NCBI RefSeq assembly: GCF_900314615.1
Contig: NZ_OMWA01000011.1
Location: 9,770-73,769, forward strand
Origin: an uncultured Methanobrevibacter sp.
GTDB lineage: Archaea; Methanobacteriota; Methanobacteria; Methanobacteriales; Methanobacteriaceae
DNA length: 64,000 nucleotides
Direction: 5' to 3'
A program made the translations under genes and the position numbers. Of the stretch, positions 40,028-50,581 are shown in pieces; the stretch's first letter is position 1, and each line of letters opens with the position of its first letter. The notes below the pieces were generated by a model. That model searched no databases. It was given only the letters and a program-made list of their open reading frames with translations, and was not told where the DNA came from.

Positions 40028-41629
40028 TTGATGAAAAATGCTATTATACTTGCGGCAGGCAAATCAAACAAGTTTGCCCCATTTACCTATGAAAAGCCCA
40101 AAGGACTTTTTATAGTCAGAAACGAGGTTTTAATCGAAAGACAAATCGAACAGCTCATTGAAGCGGGAATTAAAGATATCTATATCATTGTAGGATACAT
40201 GAAGGAAAAGTTCTTCTACCTTGAGCAGAAATATCCTCAGGTCAGCCTTATTGTAAACAACACATTCGGAAGATACGGAAATCTCTACTCACTTTTCTCC
40301 GCACGCCAGTACCTTTCAGACACTTTCATATGCTGTGCTGATCACTACTTTTTGGAAAACCCCTTTCTTGACGGCAACGATGACAACATATCATACCGTA
40401 CCTGCGCATATCTTGAAGGAAATTTCAGGGAGTTTTCAGTAGACTATTCAAATTCAGACATTATCACCGGATGCTACATCGGAGGCCGGGACAAGATGGC
40501 GATGATCGGACCGGCATACTTTAACAAAAGCTTTTCTGAAGAATTTAGAAAGCTGATGGAGGATGAGATAAACAACTTCGGCGTTGCAAACATGTACTGG
40601 GAGGAGTTCTATGCCTCACACATCAGGGATCTGACACTGACTTTAAAGCAGGTTGATCCCTCAAAGCTTCTGGAGTTTGATGATATTGACGATTTAAGGC
40701 AGTTTGACTCCGATTTTCTTTTGAATGTGGACTCTGAAATCATCACTAACATCTGCGATACTTTAGATGCCCATCCGAATGAAATAAAAGATATTGAAAT
40801 CGTACAGGCGGGCCTTACAAACGTATCTTTCAAGTTCTCAATAAAGGACACTCCATACATCTACAGACACCCTGGAGGAACCGCTGACAATCTCATTGAC
40901 AGGACCTCGGAGCTTTATGTTCAGAGAATGGCAAAAGAAATTGGAATTGATGAGTCAGTAATATATATGGATGAGTCAGGCTGGAAGCTTTCATACTACG
41001 TTCAGGGCATTGTCGAGTGCGATTTTATAAAAAACTCAGATCAGCTTGAAAAAGCAATGGAATACATTCACAAAACCCATGAAATTCCGATAACTGATGA
41101 TGTTAAAGTTTTTGACGATGTGGCTGAAGGTAAAAAGCTCATGAAAATAGCATCAGCAACAAAAGGAAATCTCTTCAGGGAATTTGAAGATATCATCGAA
41201 AAAGTCAATGTCCTTGACGGACTCGTCAAGGCAGAACAGGAAAAATACGGAATTGAACCTGTAATTTCACATAATGACGTTTATGAGCCTAACTACATTG
41301 CAAATGAAGATAAGCAATTATACCTAATCGACTGGGAATATGCTGGCATAAACGATCCGTTAAATGACATTGCATGCATTATCGCAAGATATGACTACTC
41401 GGAAGAGATAAGGGAGATGTTTTTAGAGGCATATTTCGGCCGTGAACTCACTGAAGCCGAACATCGCCATGCAAGAGCCCAGGCAGTTCTGTGTGCATTC
41501 TACTGGTTCTGCTGGGGACTTTACAAGGGAAGCGTAGGGGACGATGACGGATTTTTCTTCATGCCGTCCTACAGATATCTCTCAACACACATTGACGAAG
41601 CCCTTGAAAGCTATGAGGTGATAAAATGA
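40028..41629 (+). CDS. LicC-like nucleotidyltransferase fused to choline/ethanolamine kinase-like domain
   Basis: AIILAAGKSNKF..EKPKGL; C-terminal SHNDVYEPN and IDWEYAG. Confidence 0.85.
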   Translation: MMKNAIILAAGKSNKFAPFTYEKPKGLFIVRNEVLIERQIEQLIEAGIKDIYIIVGYMKEKFFYLEQKYPQVSLIVNNTFGRYGNLYSLFSARQYLSDTFICCADHYFLENPFLDGNDDNISYRTCAYLEGNFREFSVDYSNSDIITGCYIGGRDKMAMIGPAYFNKSFSEEFRKLMEDEINNFGVANMYWEEFYASHIRDLTLTLKQVDPSKLLEFDDIDDLRQFDSDFLLNVDSEIITNICDTLDAHPNEIKDIEIVQAGLTNVSFKFSIKDTPYIYRHPGGTADNLIDRTSELYVQRMAKEIGIDESVIYMDESGWKLSYYVQGIVECDFIKNSDQLEKAMEYIHKTHEIPITDDVKVFDDVAEGKKLMKIASATKGNLFREFEDIIEKVNVLDGLVKAEQEKYGIEPVISHNDVYEPNYIANEDKQLYLIDWEYAGINDPLNDIACIIARYDYSEEIREMFLEAYFGRELTEAEHRHARAQAVLCAFYWFCWGLYKGSVGDDDGFFFMPSYRYLSTHIDEALESYEVIK

Positions 41630-42330
41630 ACATTCCAATAATACTTGCAGGAGGGGTGGGCTCAAGAGTCGGAGCAGACAGGCCAAAACAGTTTATCGAG
41701 GTTTTTGAAAAACCGATACTTGTATATACAATTGAAGCGTTTCAGAATCATCCTGAAATTGATGCAATTGAAGTGGTCTGCATAAAAAGCCATATTGATT
41801 ATTTGAAGGAACTGATAGATGAGTACTCACTTACTAAGGTAAAGTGGATTTGCGAGGGAGGAGAGGACTTCCAGCACTCTGTAATCAACGGAGTCAACAA
41901 CCTCAAAGGAAAAATCAATGATGATGATATCGTGCTGGTCCACTACGGTGCATCTCCGTTCATTTCAGATGAAATTATCTCAGATGCAATCAGGGTATGC
42001 AAAGAGAAGGGAAATTCTGTTCCTGCAATGCCTTCACCGATTTTGATGGGAACCAATGACGGTGATAAATCCACAAAATGGGTTGACAGGGATAAGGTGC
42101 TTATGCTTACCTCACCGCAGTGCTTTAACTTTGCATATGTCTGCCAGCTTTATGAAGAGGCAATAGAGAAAGATTTAATTGATAAGGTGGAGCCTCACAC
42201 AACAACTCTGATGTATGAGATGGGAAGGGAAATCTATCCTTCAAAAACCAATCAGACCAATATCAAGATTACAACTGCTGAAGACATTGATTTATTCAGA
42301 GGTTATGTGATGGCGAAAAAGTCGCAGTAG
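41626..42330 (+). CDS. IspD/TarI-family cytidylyltransferase
   Basis: IILAGGVGSRVGADRPKQF, NIKITTAEDI; 4-nt overlap with the upstream gene. Confidence 0.88.
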   Translation: MNIPIILAGGVGSRVGADRPKQFIEVFEKPILVYTIEAFQNHPEIDAIEVVCIKSHIDYLKELIDEYSLTKVKWICEGGEDFQHSVINGVNNLKGKINDDDIVLVHYGASPFISDEIISDAIRVCKEKGNSVPAMPSPILMGTNDGDKSTKWVDRDKVLMLTSPQCFNFAYVCQLYEEAIEKDLIDKVEPHTTTLMYEMGREIYPSKTNQTNIKITTAEDIDLFRGYVMAKKSQ

Positions 42331-42383
42331 TCACAAATTGTATATAGGATAGTGGATATATAGTTACTTTGGAGGACTGAAAC

Positions 42384-45029
42384 TTGGATTTTAAAATTTC
42401 TGTTGTCATGGCTGTTTACAACAAAGAGAAGTATGTAGCTCAGGCAATAGAATCAATCATCAGCCAAACTTTGGATTTTGAAAAAAACATCCAGCTGATT
42501 TTAGTAAACGATAAAAGCAGCGACAACACCAGGGATGTTTTAGAAAAATACCAGGCGAAGTATCCTCAAAACATCATTCTCATAAACAATGAAAAGAACA
42601 TGGGTTCGGCCTATTCCAGAAACCGTGGCCTTAAATACGTTGAAGGAAAATATGTCAACTTCCTTGACAGTGACGATTACATGTCAAAGGACGCATTCAA
42701 GACTGCATGTGAGTTTCTGGACAAATATCATGAAGTAAACATCGCATCCATTCCGATTGTCTATGTTGGAGTCAAAAGAGGAGACCATAACCTTAACTTC
42801 AAATACCAAAAGGACCAGATTGTAAACGTAATAACTGACCCTGCCTATATACAGCTTTCAGGAGCTTCAGCCTTTTTCCGCTTTGACAAACTTAAGAATT
42901 ACCATTTCAACGAGAATTTAAGAGTTTCAGAAGACGCCCTAATGATAAATCAGATGCTTATGGAAAATCCACTTTTAGGATTTCTCTCAAAGCCTACATA
43001 TTACTACAGAAAGGACGGAACCCAGAATTCTCTTATAACCTCATCAGCAAGTACCAGGTCCTATTTTACAACACGTATTGATGAATATTTTCTCAATCTT
43101 ATAGATTGCGCCAAAGAGAAGCTCGGAAATGTTCCGAAGTTCATCCAGTATGTGCTCATGTATGACCTGCAGTGGATTGTGGAGATAAGAAAAATCGACA
43201 CACTGCTTTCAGATGAGGAGATGAAAACGCTTTTTGAAAAGATTTTGGAGATTCTCTCATATATCGATGAGGACGTTATATTCAATCAGCGTTCAATTCC
43301 GGCAGCTTTAAAGGCTCATGTAATTTCAATGAAACGTCACGGATGGGACTATTTAAATGATAAGAGAAATGCAGTTGACAATTTCAAGCTGAATTCAGTA
43401 TTTATAGACAACTTTTTCTTTTTAAATGAAAATGAAATCGAAATACAGGGGATTTTAACAGATTTTACTCAAGGCACTGAAATTACAGCAGTTGTTGACG
43501 GAGAGGAAATTCCAGTAACTGAGATATTGTATCCTCAGCGTGACAATTATTCCCTGAACTTCAATTACGGATTCAATCACTGCTTTAAAGTCACTGTTCC
43601 ATATAAGGAGGGTACTGAAATATCATTCAAATCACAGAATACTGACTTAAGCATAAGCTATAATCAGACATCAAGGCTTAATGATGTGTCAGGATATAAG
43701 CTTTCAAAAAACAGTATTGCAATCGCTTCAGAAGATAAAATCATTGTTAAGGCCAAATCACTTGCATCCGCATTTGTACTGGAGCTTAAGACAATCAGGA
43801 GAATGTTTTCAACACGTTCTCAGGGTTGGGTTACAGGAGTATTTTTAAGATTTCTCAATATAGCCGCATATCCGTTTTTAAGAAACAGGCGCATATGGCT
43901 TTTTATGGATTTGCCGAATGCCGCAGGGGATAACGGACTGGAGCTTTTCAGATACGTAAACTCCACAGACTCCAAAGTCAAATCATATTTCGTCCTGGAC
44001 AGCGCTCCCGAAGAGGACTATGATTATTATGTAGGATCTAGAATGCATAAAATCAGAAGGCTTTTCGGTTTCAATAAAAAATCAGAGCAGTTTCTTGAAA
44101 TTGAAAAAATAGGCAATGTCCTAGCCTACAGGTCAATAAAGCACAGGCTCTTTGCACTTTTCAGCGAGTTTATAATCACATCTCACCCTGACAATACCAT
44201 TATCTATCCGTTCTGGGGAAACTATCCTCACCTTTCAGGGCTTATGAAATCAAAGACTGTATTTCTACAGCACGGGGTTACAAAGGATACAGTTTCAGAA
44301 TGGCTCAATCAATTTGACAAGCCTCTTGCAATGCTTGTAACTGTTTCAGACAGGGAAAAAGAATCTTTCAAAGATCCGACCTACGGGTATTCGCAGGATA
44401 TCGTAAAGACACTGGGTTTTCCAAGATTTGACAGGCTCGAGGACAATAACAAAAGGGAAATAGTAATAATGCCTTCATGGAGGCGCCAGCTTGACCAGCT
44501 TTCAGCATCCGATTTTGTTAAAACAAACTTCTACAAGCTTTTCAATCAGCTTATCACTGATGAAGAGCTTATAAATTATGTTGAAGAGCACGGATATAAA
44601 CTGGTTTTCAAGCCTCACAGGAATCTTCATAAATTCATAACTGCATTTACAAATCATCCTGACGTCAAATTCGATTTGGACCTTTCAAACTACAGCGATA
44701 CCTTCAGCAATTCTTCACTTATCGTAACGGACTACTCCTCAATCGCTTTTGACTTTGCATATCTCAAAAAGCCTCTCATATACTACCAGTTCGACAACAA
44801 CTACCACTTTGATGTTGAAAAAGCATATTTCAGCTATGAAGATGACGGATTCGGACCTGTCGCCAAAAGCCACGATGAGCTTAAACGTCATATCTTTGAG
44901 ATAATTGACAGGGGATGTGAGATGGATGGGGTTTATCTTAAACGGGTAGATGAATTCTTTAAATACATTGACAAAAACAATTCCAGAAGGGTTTATGAAG
45001 AGATTCTCAGACTTGACAACTATTATTAA
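42384..45029 (+). CDS. GT2 fused to CDP-glycerol/ribitol glycerophosphotransferase (TagF/TagB-like)
   Basis: N-terminal VVMAVYN..VNDKSSD..FLDSDD; C-terminal FLQHGV, GFPRFD, MPSWR, KPH, TDYSSIAFDFA. Confidence 0.9.
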   Translation: MDFKISVVMAVYNKEKYVAQAIESIISQTLDFEKNIQLILVNDKSSDNTRDVLEKYQAKYPQNIILINNEKNMGSAYSRNRGLKYVEGKYVNFLDSDDYMSKDAFKTACEFLDKYHEVNIASIPIVYVGVKRGDHNLNFKYQKDQIVNVITDPAYIQLSGASAFFRFDKLKNYHFNENLRVSEDALMINQMLMENPLLGFLSKPTYYYRKDGTQNSLITSSASTRSYFTTRIDEYFLNLIDCAKEKLGNVPKFIQYVLMYDLQWIVEIRKIDTLLSDEEMKTLFEKILEILSYIDEDVIFNQRSIPAALKAHVISMKRHGWDYLNDKRNAVDNFKLNSVFIDNFFFLNENEIEIQGILTDFTQGTEITAVVDGEEIPVTEILYPQRDNYSLNFNYGFNHCFKVTVPYKEGTEISFKSQNTDLSISYNQTSRLNDVSGYKLSKNSIAIASEDKIIVKAKSLASAFVLELKTIRRMFSTRSQGWVTGVFLRFLNIAAYPFLRNRRIWLFMDLPNAAGDNGLELFRYVNSTDSKVKSYFVLDSAPEEDYDYYVGSRMHKIRRLFGFNKKSEQFLEIEKIGNVLAYRSIKHRLFALFSEFIITSHPDNTIIYPFWGNYPHLSGLMKSKTVFLQHGVTKDTVSEWLNQFDKPLAMLVTVSDREKESFKDPTYGYSQDIVKTLGFPRFDRLEDNNKREIVIMPSWRRQLDQLSASDFVKTNFYKLFNQLITDEELINYVEEHGYKLVFKPHRNLHKFITAFTNHPDVKFDLDLSNYSDTFSNSSLIVTDYSSIAFDFAYLKKPLIYYQFDNNYHFDVEKAYFSYEDDGFGPVAKSHDELKRHIFEIIDRGCEMDGVYLKRVDEFFKYIDKNNSRRVYEEILRLDNYY

Positions 45030-45054
45030 ATATTTCAAAATACTAATTTTAATC

Positions 45055-45573
45055 ATGGAATTTATGGATGTATTACTAAAAAGAAGGTCAACCAGAAAAT
45101 TCAATGATGAAAAAATCACCAAAGAAGAACTTGATTCAGTTTTGCGCGCAGGACTGCTGGCGCCGTCAAGCATGAACAGAAAACCGATTAATCTTATGGT
45201 TGTTGAAAGGAAAGAAACTTTAAAAGAACTTTCCCAGGCAAAAGACCATGGGGCTGAACTTCTTGCAGATGCCGATAAGGCAATTGTGGTTCTTGCAGAT
45301 ACAATGATAAGCGATACCTGGTGTGAGGATTCATCAATTGTTCTGACATACCTGCATTTAATGGCAACCGATTTGAATCTGGCAAGCTGCTGGGTGCAGA
45401 TACACATGAGAAAGAAAGATGGTGTATATGCGGAGGAAGTTGTAAGGGATATTTTAAAAATTGATGATCATTACAGGATTGCAGGAATTATGGCTCTTGG
45501 CCATTCAGATGATATTCCGCAACCTCACAGTCCGGATGACATTGATAAAAACAAGATTCATTTTTTAGTTTAG
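45055..45573 (+). CDS. Nitroreductase family protein
   Basis: RRSTRKF, APSSMNRKP, LASCWVQ; start moved to ATG 45055. Confidence 0.88.
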   Translation: MEFMDVLLKRRSTRKFNDEKITKEELDSVLRAGLLAPSSMNRKPINLMVVERKETLKELSQAKDHGAELLADADKAIVVLADTMISDTWCEDSSIVLTYLHLMATDLNLASCWVQIHMRKKDGVYAEEVVRDILKIDDHYRIAGIMALGHSDDIPQPHSPDDIDKNKIHFLV

Positions 45574-45598
45574 TCACTTTTACCCCGTGAAAAGTGAC
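45573..45598 (+). terminator. 9-bp hairpin after nitroreductase
   Basis: gtcactttt-accccgtg-aaaagtgac. Confidence 0.5.
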
Positions 45599-45657
45599 AT
45601 AATCTTTAAATATGGATTTTGATAAACTTTAATTTAACTATTAAAGGAGTTTTTAAT

Positions 45658-45948
45658 ATGCACGTAAAAGATTTACTTGATGATTTAGGATTAAGATTAA
45701 AATTGCCTCAGCACTGGTTTTCAACAGACATAAGCAACGATTTTGAAGAAGGGGAACTTGTCCAGAACGATGAAATAATCAAAATCGAAGCTCATGGAAA
45801 AGACAACAGAAAAGTTATTGTCATTGACGTTAATGATGGAATGAGCGTTGTAACAGTATTTCCCGACGGTAAAGTCATTGGCGTTAAATACTTGAACAAC
45901 AAGGATGATTTTGAATACATCGGAAAGCCATCTGAGCTTTATTACTGA
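45658..45948 (+). CDS. Hypothetical protein
   Basis: SD aaggag before ATG 45658; 96 aa; no family recognised. Confidence 0.65.
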   Translation: MHVKDLLDDLGLRLKLPQHWFSTDISNDFEEGELVQNDEIIKIEAHGKDNRKVIVIDVNDGMSVVTVFPDGKVIGVKYLNNKDDFEYIGKPSELYY

Positions 45949-46056
45949 TTTTTTAAAATTAAATTTATAATTTGTGTGGCTGGCGAAATTAAATTACATA
46001 ATATTTAAATATTTATAAAATATACTTAAAAACAATACAATTAGGAGGATAATACT

Positions 46057-46620
46057 ATGGCTGATAAAAAAGCTCCTGCAGATGGCTGGCCTGTAATCAG
46101 TGGCGATTACATTGTTGGGGACCCAGAAAGTCCAGTTGCAGTAACAACTCTTGCTTCACACATCGAAGCAGAACTTTCCGGAGCAGCTATTGCAGGACCA
46201 TGTAAAACAGAAAACTTAGGTATCGAAAAAGTAGTTGCAAACATCATTTCAAATCCGAACATCCGCTTTCTGATTCTGGCGGGTGCGGAAGTGCAGGGAC
46301 ACATTACCGGTCAGAGTTTCAAGGCGCTTCATGAAAACGGTGCAGATCCTGATAAAAAGAAAATCATCGGAGCAACCGGAGCAATTCCTTTTGTTGAAAA
46401 CGTTCCTCTCGAAGGTGTTGAAAGATTCCAGCAGCAGCTCGAAATTGTTGATTTGATTGATACTGAAGACATCGGTGCAATCCAGTCCAAAATCAACGAA
46501 TGCGTTGAAAAGGATCCCGGCGCACTTGAAGCCGAACCGATTGTCATGGAAGTTGATGAAGAAAACGAGAAAATGGTAATTGTCGATAAAAAGAAAAAAG
46601 AAAAGAAGGCTGAAGCTTAG
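46057..46620 (+). CDS. mtrA: Stand-alone MtrA (tetrahydromethanopterin S-methyltransferase subunit A) lacking the TM anchor
   Basis: [38 protein letters not shown] with cobamide-ligand His; charged C-terminus. Confidence 0.92.
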   Translation: MADKKAPADGWPVISGDYIVGDPESPVAVTTLASHIEAELSGAAIAGPCKTENLGIEKVVANIISNPNIRFLILAGAEVQGHITGQSFKALHENGADPDKKKIIGATGAIPFVENVPLEGVERFQQQLEIVDLIDTEDIGAIQSKINECVEKDPGALEAEPIVMEVDEENEKMVIVDKKKKEKKAEA

Positions 46621-46984
46621 GCTTTGGCTTTTTACTATTTTTTTACAGGATGATGTAATATATTTTTCACTAAAATATTTTCTCACTTCGCAGTATTTGT
46701 GCCTGTGCACATAATCACTTTTGTGTTTTTTCCTACAAAATGCAGAAATAACACAAAACTTTATATACTAGTTTATGCATAAATTTAACCAACATGATGA
46801 TACTTTGAATTTTTTAGGAAAATCATGTTAAAATAGTTAAGTTTATATACTATTATGAATAATGTAATATTGCACCTTGTATTTTGTAGAAAAATGCAAG
46901 AACTTTTAGAAAGTTTTTTTCTAAAAAAGATTGTTGAACAACACCACATAATGTGGATTTTTATAAAAAAATAGGGGTGATAAT

Positions 46985-47332
46985 ATGAACCATAACCATT
47001 CAATTAACTGGAGTGACAAGGTAAAAAGCCTTGATAAAAATATCAGAGATGAAATAGGCATCGAAGGTGAAAACGAAGCCAAGCACATCCTGATTAGAGT
47101 GCAGACAAAATCCGCCGAGGCGATTGAACCTGCATTCATTGTTGGAGAGGATGAAACATTTCTCGACCTCTTTGTACTGTCCGCCCAGGGACACGGAATA
47201 ACTTCAACTGCAGTGCTCAAGGACAACATTCAAAGTGTCGGAGTCATAGGAGGGGTGTCAGCAGAAAAGGTTGACCCTGCTGAAATACCTGAAAGCAGCC
47301 TTCTCGATGATGTTGATGGATTATACCAATAG
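46985..47332 (+). CDS. Hypothetical protein
   Basis: SD ggggtga; 115 aa; no family recognised. Confidence 0.65.
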   Translation: MNHNHSINWSDKVKSLDKNIRDEIGIEGENEAKHILIRVQTKSAEAIEPAFIVGEDETFLDLFVLSAQGHGITSTAVLKDNIQSVGVIGGVSAEKVDPAEIPESSLLDDVDGLYQ

Positions 47333-47407
47333 AATGCTTATTTCAGCCACCGCATTGTTTAGGGAAGCTCACCACTTCCCACACTAAACCAACTGAGGCG
47401 AAAAATC

Positions 47408-47974
47408 ATGAAAAAAGTCAAATTAGCACAAATTGCTGAAATCTCAACAGGCCTTTCATACAGAAGATATCTGGATGATGAAGGTAAGGAATTTGATGTA
47501 ATACTTCAGAGATCAATAAAAAAAGACGGAATAATTGAAGATTTCGAAAAAGTCAGAATGAATCCCAAATACATTAAACCACACCATATCACCAGACCTG
47601 GAGACATTCTGATGAAAATGCCATATCCCTATGATGTAGTCTGCGTAAAGGAAAAAGGACTGGTTGTAAGTGACAGGATAGCTATCATACGCCTCGACAA
47701 GTTTAACCATCCACCATTCATAGCTCACCTGCTCACCAACGCCCATGTTCAAAAGCAGCTTTATGAGCTTGCAAGTGCCGAAAGGATTGCTCATGCATCT
47801 CTCACACAAATCAAAGAGCTTGAGCTTGTCCTTCCAGACCTAATAACACAGAAAAAGTATGCAGAACTCCTTGATACTATAAACGAAAAGATCATCGAGG
47901 ATTTGAAAGTAGTCGAATATGACCGAAGACTTAAAGAGGGAATACTCAACGAACTATGGGGTGAAATGCCATGA
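47408..47974 (+). CDS. Half-size type I restriction specificity subunit (single TRD)
   Basis: VKLAQIAEISTG, GDILM, ELELVLPDLITQKK plus C-terminal helix; 188 aa. Confidence 0.7.
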   Translation: MKKVKLAQIAEISTGLSYRRYLDDEGKEFDVILQRSIKKDGIIEDFEKVRMNPKYIKPHHITRPGDILMKMPYPYDVVCVKEKGLVVSDRIAIIRLDKFNHPPFIAHLLTNAHVQKQLYELASAERIAHASLTQIKELELVLPDLITQKKYAELLDTINEKIIEDLKVVEYDRRLKEGILNELWGEMP

Positions 47975-49656
47975 GGAATAAATACTCCAACAATCTTCGC
48001 AATTTAAGGACAATTATCTCTAAAATCCGCCAGATTCGCATAACTCCCGATATCTCCTATATGGTGGCCTACACATTTCTTTATAAATACTGCTCAGATT
48101 CACTGAAAGAATATCTCCTGATGCTGATTGAGGATAAGGCCATAACTCTGGATGAGGCATACTCTGACGAAAAGTGCCTGAAAATGTTTAAATCCCAGTC
48201 AATCCAGAAACACGGATTTTTCATAAACAGTCCTGACTGCTTTTTTGATGAGGTAATAAACAGGAGCTTTTCTGAAAATTACTTTGTATATACATTCTTC
48301 AAATCATTTTCCGGAAGTATAGAGTTTGGTGAGAAATCAAACTATGAAAAATACTTCCATTTCATATTTGACGTATTAAAGGATGTTGTCAACTTCAACA
48401 AATATGAATTTGAAGGGGAAAACCATATCATTGTCAAGGATATTGTCTATGCCATATCCAAGATGGATGTTTTTGAAAGGGAATATCCCTTCGAAAAGGT
48501 ATTTGACAGACTGTGCGAGTCACGTCTTTTTAGAATTGACACTGATCCGGATTATATAACTTCAATTCTATCATCTCTGATAGCTGAAAGCAGATATTCA
48601 ATTGGCGATATCTACAATCCATTTTTAAACGATGCATCAGCACTGATTGATCTTTCTTACCGCTATAATGCAGGATTCAGACATATCTATGCAAGAAGCA
48701 ATGACAGATTAACATACTGCACAAATATCGTCAAGTTCACAATTGGATATTATGATATGGATAGCGTATTTCTCGAATTCGGCTCTCCTTTTGAAGCAAT
48801 GGATATTTCCGGAAAATCCTTTGACGTTATAACTGCAAGAATTCCTCCAATCACAAATAAAAATTTTCAAAGACTCAGCAGGGCTCAAAGCATGGAGATT
48901 GCAAAGCAGAACAAAAGAAAAGAGCTTCAAAGTCTCCTGGCAGATAACTTCAACATTGACGAAGAGTCATTTTCAAATGATTCGGAGCTAAATAGCACTA
49001 TCGAAAGTCTAGTTGACAAGATTGACCTTGAAGAGGAATCAAAAGTCCAGTTTAGAGGAGAATATGCAAGCCTGCAGGATAATGAATATCTCTTTTTGAT
49101 TAATCTTATCAACTCTTTAAATGATGACGGAATAATGGCTGTTGCAATGTCTCAAAGCATTCTTTTCAAAAACACACTCAGGACTTTAAGAAAATATCTC
49201 ACATATGAAAAAAACTATATCGATGTTATAATCAACATCCCGAATGAGCTTTCAAGACGCAAAAGCTCAGATATTGTAGTTATATTTAAAAAGGACAGGG
49301 TTTCAGATGACATTCTTTTTATAGACATGTCAACAGACTACAACCTCAAAAAAGAAAGATATACTGTTCCGGGACTTTTCAAAAGGAATCTTACATTTGA
49401 CTTGGAATCCCTTAAATATCTTGTAGATGTCTATAAAAAACGTGAAATTGTGGATAAATACTCAAGTATTGTCAGTATGCCGGAAATCTGTAAAAATGAT
49501 TTCAATCTGTCAATTTCAAGATATGTCGATACCTTTGAAGGGGAATTCATCAGACTTGAAGATTTAAAAAATGAAAAGAAAGAAATCACATTAAATATCA
49601 AAAAATTAAATTTAAAAATAGATAGGATGATGGATGAGCTGAATCTTAGAAAATGA
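47971..49656 (+). CDS. HsdM-like N6-adenine methyltransferase fold with degenerate motifs
   Basis: HsdM-like N-terminus (FLYKYCSD) and C-terminus (NDFNLSISRYVD); motif I reads YNPFLNDAS and motif IV reads ARIPP. Confidence 0.75.
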   Translation: MRNKYSNNLRNLRTIISKIRQIRITPDISYMVAYTFLYKYCSDSLKEYLLMLIEDKAITLDEAYSDEKCLKMFKSQSIQKHGFFINSPDCFFDEVINRSFSENYFVYTFFKSFSGSIEFGEKSNYEKYFHFIFDVLKDVVNFNKYEFEGENHIIVKDIVYAISKMDVFEREYPFEKVFDRLCESRLFRIDTDPDYITSILSSLIAESRYSIGDIYNPFLNDASALIDLSYRYNAGFRHIYARSNDRLTYCTNIVKFTIGYYDMDSVFLEFGSPFEAMDISGKSFDVITARIPPITNKNFQRLSRAQSMEIAKQNKRKELQSLLADNFNIDEESFSNDSELNSTIESLVDKIDLEEESKVQFRGEYASLQDNEYLFLINLINSLNDDGIMAVAMSQSILFKNTLRTLRKYLTYEKNYIDVIINIPNELSRRKSSDIVVIFKKDRVSDDILFIDMSTDYNLKKERYTVPGLFKRNLTFDLESLKYLVDVYKKREIVDKYSSIVSMPEICKNDFNLSISRYVDTFEGEFIRLEDLKNEKKEITLNIKKLNLKIDRMMDELNLRK

Positions 49657-50581
49657 TTCTCTCATCAGCTCCTTCGCCATTTTTGTCGTTAATAGCAATT
49701 TTTTCAGATGCGTTTTTAAAGTATGACATGTGTATCATTTCATCCTGGTAAGTGTAGATTTTTCCAAGACCTTCTGAATTTTCAAATTCAAGCACTTCTT
49801 CCATGCCGTTGCTTTTTCCTGCATTAAACTCACTGTCTAAAGCATCTGAAACAAGACTTTTTGCCTCATCGGTGTTGATTGTAAAAACTGAATCGTTAAT
49901 GTTAATGTCAATCAGATAGCTTTTTAAAATCTTTTCATGGTATTCCTTATAGATTGGGGAATTTAAAAAGATTTCAAAACCTTTAATTTCACCGTCAACA
50001 ATTATCACAACACCGTTCTGTTTATCTTCAATTTTAAAGTGGGTTAATGCTTCATCAAGGTCCATTTTTGCATTGTCATAGCTTTCACTCATTGCCTGTG
50101 TCGGGGAAGAAAATGACCTTTCGACTTCAAGGCATTCTATTGAATCCCAGACTGCCTGCTGGTCGCTCATATTATTTCTGCTTGCAACTTCTTTTGATGA
50201 ACGTGTTCTGTAGTTTGCCATATAATTGGACTGTACAAATTCATGCTTGTAGCCCCAGCGTCCATGTTCTGTACAGTTGACAGGAATCGGCTTTTCACTC
50301 TCAGGTGCTATAAGAATTGTTGCACTGACAATACGATTCTGGTCACCTCCAATGATTTCTTCACCGTCAACTAAAATAAGGGGAGTTACTGAGCTGTTTT
50401 TAACAATCAGGGTATTTACAGTTGAGTGTTCACATTCCTTAACTTCCACAAGGTCCAGTTCAAAACCTTTTTTAAGGGTCAGTATGTCGAATTTATATGA
50501 TGGGGGAGTCATTACTGGAATTATTGTAACGTTTCTATGTGTTTGAGGACTCATCAGTGTGATGTCATCTCCTGCAATCAT
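49646..50581 (-). CDS. ARPP-1 (DUF6569) family protein
   Basis: VNTLIVKN..LILVDGEEIIGGDQNRIV..IPVNCTEHGRW, QQAVW. Confidence 0.8.
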   Translation of the reverse strand: MIAGDDITLMSPQTHRNVTIIPVMTPPSYKFDILTLKKGFELDLVEVKECEHSTVNTLIVKNSSVTPLILVDGEEIIGGDQNRIVSATILIAPESEKPIPVNCTEHGRWGYKHEFVQSNYMANYRTRSSKEVASRNNMSDQQAVWDSIECLEVERSFSSPTQAMSESYDNAKMDLDEALTHFKIEDKQNGVVIIVDGEIKGFEIFLNSPIYKEYHEKILKSYLIDININDSVFTINTDEAKSLVSDALDSEFNAGKSNGMEEVLEFENSEGLGKIYTYQDEMIHMSYFKNASEKIAINDKNGEGADERIIF

